Below, piece after piece: positions 30,504 through 39,723 of a DNA stretch of 39,723 nt (position 1 is its first letter; each line of letters begins with the position of its first letter). Position numbers and translations under genes: made by a program. The DNA is from Phoronis australis (taxonomy: Eukaryota > Animalia > Phoronida). The notes below the pieces were generated by a model. The model made no database searches. It worked only from the letters and a program-made list of their open reading frames with translations, and was not told where the DNA came from. Location: contig NMRA01000066.1 in the NCBI GenBank assembly GCA_002633005.1, positions 465,306-505,028 on the forward strand, read 5' to 3'.

Positions 30504-31152
30504 GGTTATCATGTAAACGATCCTAACTTAGTCAAATATCGAGAAAACTTTGCCTTGTCTACCATTAAAAGTATTTGTTTTCTGAAAGCAGAAAGATCGA
30601 GGATTCTAAAAATATGCTTCTTACTACTATGTCTTTGTTATTGTCACGTGACCACATTCAAATGTTCATGTGCAAGAAATGTACATTCATAGCAAAATAG
30701 CCTCCCATCCGATTTTAGTAAATCTTTTCTAATGAAAACGTTATGTCTCAAAATCACTGTTAGGAATTTTTAAGTATTCACTCAGTTTGTTTTTTTTGCC
30801 ATATTAACTTACAAAACACAAGGCTGTTTTGTAAACAAACAACGGGTCTTCGTATATCACTCAGTACGGGAAAACTAGGCATTTTAAAACAAAATCCTAG
30901 CAGCGTTTTTGACACATAACCTAAAGCTTTTATTTAAAGAAAGTTTTAATAAAAACTGCCGGGGGTTATTTTGCTATGAATATACCTTTCTTGCATATGA
31001 AAATTCGACTTAAAAACCATGGTCACATGACAATGATAAAGACACAGTAGTAAGAAGCATATCTTTAGAATCCTTGATCTTTCCCCTTTCAGCAAATATA
31101 AACTTTTAATGGTGGACATTGTTGAGGCTGTTTATTAAGGTCCTAGATAACC
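30504..31152. mobile_element. MITE with long (~190-bp) imperfect inverted arms, GGTTATC...GATAACC|TTAA ends
   Basis: 30555-30745 is inverted at 30920-31118 (e.g. GGATTCTAAAAATATGCTTCTTACTACT / AGTAGTAAGAAGCATATCTTTAGAATCC). Confidence 0.8.
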
Positions 31153-34100
31153 TTAATGCACAGTTCTTTAGGAACTGTTTTTAAAGGGATACAGTTTTGC
31201 ATAACGGGCTGCCAAAATAGCTCTTTTAGGATTTTCAAGTTTCCTAAATGGAAAATGAAATGATACTTTAAAAAAACTATTTTGCGATTTCATCTTGAAC
31301 CTTTATATCGTGTGAAATTTGGTGATGTTATGGATATTGTTTTGCTGTCAATGTATCTTTCGTTTTTGCTAAATTTTACTAAAACACCAAGGTGGAATGA
31401 TCCAGTGAATGTCAGAATCTGACAGCCAGATTGGTAAAATATCAATATCTGCTTTTAGAAAATATACCGTAGTCTTTTGAGTAAAAATCCACAGATTTGT
31501 TGATATTTGGTTAAATATAGTCTTGATGATAAAGTCCTACAAAACTTAAGGTGTTGTTTTTAACTTTTCCAAATTTTATCGAAATTTTGAAAAGTCCTGA
31601 TCCTAACATTTTTTTTGGTAAAAAAGCTCACAAGGGAACTGCTTTTGTAAACACACAGTGAGGTTTTTTACAAAAATGCATTGAACAAGGCTTTTACATC
31701 TGTGTGTGGGGGGAAGGGCTACTAGTGAATGGTGGTGGGGAGTGGGGGTATTGCATCGTTGGAATCATGGATGCCCTGGAATATTGGGAACCCCATTTTG
31801 GACACCATATTTTCGAAATCCTGAATAAAGCCCTGGTATGCCTTCTTGTTTGCTGCTCATTACTCAGTGCAACATTTTACTGGAAGGTCACACTTTTCCA
31901 GTCATGTGAGGGCCTTGGGCACATGACTCTTGGCCATGTTTGAACTGTTGTTTTGTTGCTTCCTTTAGCTACTGTTTGCTATAAAAAGATCTGTTGATTT
32001 TTTCTTTTGTAATGGAAAGCAGCCATTTTGGTAAAAATTATATCTTCTTTTAGTTTTGAAATCTTTGTCAAAATAATCTTAGACATGTTAGGAAATGATA
32101 TTTGACTCCATAGTTCTGACCATTGTCAATAGTGCCACTAGCAGAGTGCATTAGTTCTGACTGAAGTGGACTCTAATAATGTCAATATGTCTATTTATTC
32201 ATATAATTCATATCTCTGGCTTATTTACTTAAGATAAAATGAACTATGCCAAAGTACTGGTAGGTCTTCGATGTGGAAATTGTGTTGAAACTTTTTCTAT
32301 ATCTATACTTATTGTGTCGTTTGGTGAAAATAAGTGTGTATTAACATGTGTGTATTAACATTGATTTTTTGATATTTGTATCTGTGATTATGTTTATATC
32401 TATATTTTTATCTTAACCATACCTCTGTCTGCATAGAATGTGTTTGATTTGCGGGCATGCCTGTTAAACAAAAAACAAATTCCGTTCCAGATGATTTTGT
32501 GTACTGCTTATCCTACCTTATTTTTCACACCTGGTCTTCTTCCAATTGTGGTGTGCTGAACAATGGAATACAATTTCAACTGACAAATTTTACAATGAAA
32601 TTAACTTAACATTGACATTTTACTGTTTGTTAGCTTTGCTTTTATTTGATATTTGACTGGGGCTACGTTTTTGTGGCATTTGAGGCAACCGAACTATAAA
32701 AAGGTGCATTTTTTAACTTGATATGTGCATTACCAAAGGCGTATTTTTTGTAGATGTGTTGGGTGATTCTAATTTCTTTTGTTTTCAATTGTTTCTTGGT
32801 CGGAGGACGGAGTATCTGATGACCCTTGTGCATGAGACGGTGTGAGTCATTGACGACTGATTATGAGGTGATTGTGATTGACTTGGCTAACTAAATCATT
32901 CTTAATTTTAAAATACCTTGTTTACATGTGTTTGTGTAGCTTGTCAAAAAAGATTTTGGCTGAAAGCGATGTGGATGGGTGCTTTTCTTTATGTGTTGGT
33001 CTCAAGTGTAGTTTCATGTTCACTTTGCTGCACAGCTCAGCAACACTGATTATTTGTAACAACTAACAAGGTCCTAATTATTCGTTAACATGTAATTATT
33101 TTTGTACAATACAACTGAAAAATTAAAAGTTATTCGTTAAACAATTTTTTGTAAAAAGGTATCAAATTTCATGGCAATTCCTCTGGCACTGTCATAGTTA
33201 TGGTGAAAGTTGAGGAGGAATCTAGACAAAATTGATGCTAAACATACAATTATGTGGAAATTAACTTTTGTTTGATACCAAGTGTACTTTTAACTCTCGC
33301 ACTTTAGGCAGGCACTTGACAACAATCATATTTTCATGCAGTATTTCTGCATGATCAATTTTTGAAGAAATGAAATTGTTGATGCTGCGATGAACTTTGG
33401 TTTATATAGGATTTGTCTCCCTCACTTATCTAACATCGCTGATTTAGTCTTTAACGTTTGTTATATACATTAAATGGTAGTGATTAAAATGACCATGACT
33501 CTCGAGATGATTAACATGTTCATCTGTAGATTTGGACTCTCATATTTAACACTGGGTGGTGTGCTTGTCCTATCTCTCAGTTTCCGTGGTAATGACTAGT
33601 TCTAAAAATAGACCCAACTTAGCAGACATTGTTTGTGTTACTTAAGCCATCCACCATTTTGACTGGTGTGTTTGCTCTGCCATATGTTTTTTTCGTCCAT
33701 GTGGTGATGTAATCCTTCTGAGTAGAAGAAAATTTAAAAGTTAACGGCATAATTCATGCTTCGTGGTGTTGTGTTGTGGACGTTGTCAGTTGAAAATTGT
33801 CAAGGTTAAGTTCTGTACCTCACGTTTTGGTGAAATACATGTGTGTAGGAGTCGTGGTGTGGTGAAGAATAGACCAACCTAAGGGGAAACAACAAAGAAG
33901 CTGGTTTTGGTTCAAAGGTCAGACTGCTGTGCCAAAATCCTGAGTTTGTGTGGATCTTTATGGATATCTGTGGATTGTGACGTTCAAGGTATTTGTGTCG
34001 GATTTCCACTAGGGCTTATTTGACGGTTTGTGGAATGTTGGTGTCCAGTTTTCCAAACAGCTGTTTTGATCAGTCATCAATTAATCTTCTCTATTCTGAG

Positions 34101-35075
34101 ATAACACCTTCATTGGATTCTGTACTAGAGTCTCTAAGTTGTCATTAGTTGTGTAACTGCCTTTGTGTTATAAAAGGCAACAACACATCAAGTTTTCTTA
34201 CCAAACAGAAACTATTATCACCTAGTGAAAAGACTCATTGGCTTTGATTTGTGTCATTGATTGACATCTTGTTGACCCCTGTTGTGACCTTTACTCCATC
34301 TATTGCCATGTTCAGCCATGCTGGGGTGCATGAGGCTGTGACAACTTGTTGTTGGGGCCAAGCCTGGTCTTCCTTTTGATGCTTTTATGAAACAGGAAGT
34401 CTTCTGCTGCGGGAAAATTTGCTGCGGGCTGTGATCCTCGACATTTTATCTCTGATGTGACCTAGCAGTTGAGCTCAAGTTTAGTCGCCAGCATAATCAG
34501 TGGGAATTAGTCGTGACATGAGAATTGAAGATTCAGCTGTGGAGGTGTTGGCATCGATACCTGATTGAAATTACAGGTTTTATCGGTCACATTGGCAAAG
34601 GATTCCCGAACTGACTAAATTTGGAGGAGTGATGTTCCATTGTTAGGACGTACACTAATGTGCCGCAGTTGATTTTGCCAGTTCTAAAAAGCAGACGTCA
34701 ACTGACAAGCTTGAGTTTTACTGCTGTGTGCATGTGTGTATTCTGCTGGTAACCCTTTTCAGAGGTCATAGGTGTGTGGATTAGAAGGTGACATACCTGA
34801 ACTGTTTGCACATAAACACAGGAATTTGTGTTTGTCGTGGTGTTGTTAAAACAGGTCAACGTTTAAGGCCTTCTTCTGAAGTACTGAACTATCATTTTTT
34901 TGTTTACCATGGATTTTGCTTAAGGATAAATTGGCACAGAGACTTGTTATTTGGTGATGTAGTCTGCTTGTGTTTGTACCACTTGAATACTTTGGAAGGG
35001 ATATATGAGTAATCAAAAATACAGACACCAGTGTATAATTTTTGGGATTTCCCAGTGAGGTTTGGAAGCCTCACC

Positions 35076-35175
35076 ATGGGGGCATCATTAGAAACATTAC
35101 AAAATGTCGCCGGTGATTTCATGCACAGCCATCTTGATGAGAGACTACTCCATGAACCAACATGTGGGGATGCAG
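35076..35175 (+). CDS. Candidate alternative first coding exon (MGASLETLQNVAGDFMHSHLDERLLHEPTCGDA)
   Basis: CACC ATG G start context, open frame and phase-1 donor CAG|GTAATA. No homology recognised. Confidence 0.35.
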
Positions 35176-38100
35176 GTAATATTATAACTGTGACAACTAA
35201 TTGTGCATGTGCTTCTGTTGTCCCATAAAATCTGTCAACTTCAAACTGATGTCATGCCTAAGGTACAGCTTGTCCCTGTTTATTCCAGCGTGTCCGCTGT
35301 ATATGCCCTGCATTATCCAACCAATGGCATAAAAATGAGACGCCCCTATGCGTGTAACTGAGTAAGCGCACAGGTGGTAATGGGTCTATACATAACGACT
35401 TGTACTGGGGCAAGATCCCACTGAGCGAATTACCTTACCTTGATAAGATGGGGTAAGTTGCCCCAGTGCAAGTGGTGTCCACAGTCCTGCCAGATTAGTG
35501 CTTGGGCGTTCATTTGGATCATTTTTGCTATTAACAGAATTAGCTGGCGTGAGAGCGATGTCTGATTACTTTTGTCTTGTACGGTAGAAGGACTTTGATT
35601 TATTAACGCCACCTTGTGAGTTTGCTCATCTTTGCGCAAGTTTTGATTGACGTGAGCAGATTGAGTGCGTTCATTGACTGGAGCCCTCGCCCCTCGCTCA
35701 GAGGAGACGTGCCTCTGCCTTCTGAGAATTCAGTGGCTGGGAGGGGGGGGGGTAAAGAACTTACCAAGGAATTTGGGCTAATACATGATTAAACAATTTT
35801 TGCAGTTGTAAGCTTTACTATCCAGAGTTTGTTGTATGGTACATTGCATGCCGTTTTTTTTTGTTTCAGCAAATGTTAAGAAAATGTTGTATTAGATGCT
35901 TTTCACAAGTACAACAAAATCCCGATTCATATGAATATTTATAGTTCCGTTGCTGTGTCCAGATCTGGTGGTTTGACCTGTGATGAATTTCCCAAGATTT
36001 CCGTCATAATATTTTTGATTGTCATGTCATTTGTCATCGAAGCTCACGCTTGTATGAATGCAACAGTGTTAAGTTGCTCAACATGTCAGCCGACAATATC
36101 TGACACAAGCTTTTGAATTTCAAGTGGAAATTTAAGTGTGTTTTAACTGAAATGTTACCTGAGAAGTTCCTGTTGAGATTGCACGCTAATGTCATTTTTT
36201 CTAAGACTAAAATACCTCCAATTTTGAATTTGAAATAAGCCATGATGAATAAATTCATGCAGACTGTTTTTTAACAATATTTTAAACACAAGTTTCAGTT
36301 TCACAATGTACCATATAATATTAAAAATAATTGCAGGCGGTCTGATACACATTGTACCAGACGTGCGCAGGCCTCGCATGTGGGCCCATTGCACTGATCA
36401 CCTGGAAATAATATTTTTATGCTTTATTGATATATGGTTAAATGTACCATACTTGTCAGGGTGAATGCCCAGCCAACAGGTATGCCATTTTCACCTGTAA
36501 CTACCACTGTTTGATTACATGGCCACCCCCAAACTTTCTTCTCGTTAAAAGTGCTGGTCAATACTCACAGTGTTTTATTTCATGACTGATAGCACAACAA
36601 GTGATTGTCATAAATTTAATTCTCTGGGCATCAACTCATATTGGTAGTTTGGGCAAATGTTCACCACTAAAAAAAATTTCTTGGTAAGATATCAGTTTCT
36701 CAAAAAAGTGATTGCCGAAATTGTCTTTCTTACATTTTTCAAACGCTGATTAAATATTGTTATGTATGTCCACTGTTTCGTGGAACATTGTATCACCATG
36801 TCATAGTTTTGAACTTAAGACTGATGGAACGTTTATTTGGTGTAATGATCTTTTACGAAAAAGTGAGCAACTAAATTTCACCTGTCCACCATATAGTGTA
36901 TTAAATTGTTGAGATTTTACCGCAATACCTCACCCTTATTTTTAAGTGTCTCGAGTACCCTGGACATTTATCTGCACAGGTGTTGTAGTTCTGGTGTAAT
37001 TCTTTATTGTCCGAGGTAAAATTTTGCCTGTTGGTGAGATTACTGGTGTAGTCTTTGTGACTTATTGCCATCAGCGGTCTTCAGATTGCTTTAATTTAAA
37101 CTTGGAATGTTTTCTGTGAACTCCTGTGTTAGTATTGAATAGTTTTAAACTACTTTATGTAATTCAGAGTCTGATATCTGGTTGGGTCAATTTTTACTTG
37201 CTACCTACGGCATTTGACTGTGGTAGAAAGCACAATGCATGATTGACCTAGTTTTTTACCAGTTGGATAAATAATGATTTATTACGCTACAGTTGCTCAT
37301 GTCTGGATTGCATTTCACTTTGCAACATTTAAAGTTAGAGCTGCCCTGATAGCTAGCAAAAATCGAATTAGGCCTTTTACTTTCATAACATTGGTCTCAT
37401 ATTGTGCCTTACTATAATAGGATTCTGTTTCCTTTACCATCAAAAACATCGATCAAAACCATCAGCAACACAAGGAAAGGCTTCAGTTTTTATTGGGTTT
37501 GGACAACCCTGAAATTGCGAATTCTTCAAATGGTGCATGTGCTCATTGCCTGTGTCTTGTGTCTCATTCACTAACAATTTAGAAACTGGTTAGCATGGAA
37601 ACATTTTAAAAATCAATGCACTTTGGTTAAGAATTTAAGGTTGACAGCTAAACAGCAAGGAAATGCTCCTTTAGAGGGTATCAGAATGACAAATGGCAAA
37701 CTTATCTTGTAAAGTAGTGATCAAATGTGTACAGCTGTGGGGTAAGTGCAAAGATACTACAAAATCTTTGGTAAGTGCTCCACTGATGGGCAGCATTGTG
37801 GGTAAAACACTGCTGATTCAGACAGGGCACTGTGATAATCAACAGGAAAGCTGTTCTTGGGTACACATGTGGTTGAGAGTTCCTGATTTAAACCTAAGGG
37901 CTATTGTACATTGCACTTTATATGTCCAGTGGTTTGTGTTTTTAGTTCTTGTTTTGAGACTCACTCTTCTTGTAGTGTGTTTATTGTCAACTGTCAACCC
38001 CCTACTTGTGAAGTGTCACCCTTGACCCCAGCAGTGACTCACTCTCCACTGGTCATGCCACCTCCTGATAATGACTGCAAGTTTGCCTTGCATGTTTGAA

Positions 38101-39723
38101 GCACTGAAACCCATGGCTGTGTTGTTAGCTTAGTGGATTGCCTGGTGCACTGTGAAGGAGTGCACACAAATAAATGAACAAATCAACAGATTTATCCAGC
38201 TGGTTCACCAAGGCTGTTGGTCTGTGTGTGCTAACCAGTTCAGATCAGAACATGGTTCTGTTTCAGGAAATGAAACCATCAGTTGTAAATGAAATGAAAT
38301 GTAATCTTAAGGTTAAGTGGTGTTGTTTTATGAGCAGTCAGGGATGACTCATTGTTGTGACTGGATGTGGGTTATGGTTCAGTTGGAATGATGCTGTTTG
38401 ATTTTATCAATAGGTGGCAGCAGCAGGCATGGCTTCCATCTTTTCTTGCTCTTGGTTTTGATGTTTTAAAAGCCCTGAAGCCAGTGTTTAGTCTCTTGTC
38501 CCTTGATGAATTAGGTTTTTAAAGCAGAGTTTTTATCAGTCTGTCGGAGCTTTCTTTTTTGAACTTGTAAGGAAGGCCTGGAGAGATCGCATGCAATGAA
38601 TTTAATGAGAGGATGGAAAACCAACGAAGTTGTGGTGCTGTTGGCTTAAACTGCATTGTACAATAATGTTTATGTTTGGACCCGTATGACTTGAAATTAT
38701 TCATGCGTTGATGTGATTTTGGCTCAAAATGTGGGTTGTTACACAATAATGATATGAAAAAATCGAATTCTTAAATATTGTCCAATATCGCATCACTGAC
38801 TATGTTTATCCTTTGAAGCAATCGAGTGGATACAGACCGTAATTTTGAATAAATTAAGAATCAAATAAACCGAGCAACACAATGAAGCAGCGTACATGAT
38901 TTAATAAACAATTGAAACACTTATTATTATTTATATAAATGCTTACTTTGCATATTTAGCTGCAATTTGTTGATTACCTTGGGGAATATGTACATATTAT
39001 TCAAAGAACTGGTTCAGTTTTCAACTCTGCGAGGCCACCATCCGTGAGCCACACTAACTTTAGATTCACTGTAAATTTAAGTTCAGCAGATATGGCAGTG
39101 CGAAGTGTGAATGTGAAATTGACTGTGTTTCAGTTTTGTTAATCTTATTTTGTTAAAATAGATTATTAAAATGAAAAGAAAAACAGCAAGAAATACAGTC
39201 GGGTTCAAAGGTCAATGGTTCCACCAGGGTGGTTGACTAGGTTTGTTCAACTCGAACTATGGTGATGGACGGAGGGTTTAGCTGAAATCGCCCTAAAAAC
39301 TAACTTGAACATCAAAGCATGGGCATTAGAAATTTGCAGGCATGGTTCATGTGCTTACACTTGTAGTTATTTCCAAGACCTTTCCTCTATTGACCATTTA
39401 CAAGTGTTCCAGCTGCCCAGCTTTAAGCAATAATGCAGTAAATTGAGGAGGACAGGGTGTGCTTACGGTAAAGTCGCGTGATTTTCGGACACTGAAAATT
39501 AATTCCAATAGAAAAAATTCATTCTTGGACGAATCTCGCGAAATATCATTTTGTGATGTCCGAATTTGGCGGACCTCCAAATTTGGGTTTCCGCTAGTGT
39601 CCGAATTTCGTGGGTGTACATTATTTCGATGAGCGGTCGTAGTATCAACATTGCTGGCTCGGTCATTTGATAGCAGTACAATTGCAGGTAAATGAGACTC
39701 AAATGGTCTGAGCGATTAATTTT

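Noticed and set aside
37693-38099. Cys-rich ORFs as the second half of the C1 domain
   Set aside because: No CxxxCHxxC...C spacing and no convincing splice signals.
39423-39723. Possible left end of another TTAA-type transposon (CpG-rich)
   Set aside because: The partner end is outside the window, so TIR and TSD cannot be verified.

Overview
AT-rich, intron-rich animal genomic DNA, probably from a marine invertebrate (species not determinable from sequence alone). Two genes sit head-to-head. (1) RFT1 on the - strand: 13 coding exons from the ATG at 22675 down to 1881, totalling 1455 nt or 485 codons. I found no terminal exon in 1-1880, so it probably lies left of the window. Exon sizes and phases match the human gene as I recall it, apart from a 3-nt shorter exon 6, a GC-AG intron 6 and one extra intron. 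The normally conserved REAFRRA motif reads HEAFFRA. (2) A C1-domain, RASSF1/RASSF5-like gene on the + strand with one clear coding exon (24237-24672), followed by what appears to be a >15 kb intron holding a candidate alternative first exon. The introns are full of repeats: a TTAA-flanked Kolobok-like deletion derivative with THAP and KolX-like remnants, a Helentron-type (HINE) element with a higher-order repeat and a CTCF-like motif array, several MITEs/foldbacks, a tRNA-derived SINE head and minisatellites. There is also a perfect 68-bp hairpin, a GTAAGT array next to a splice acceptor, and a 3-copy ~62-nt motif that appears to conserve structure. Most short ORFs in the track are spurious.
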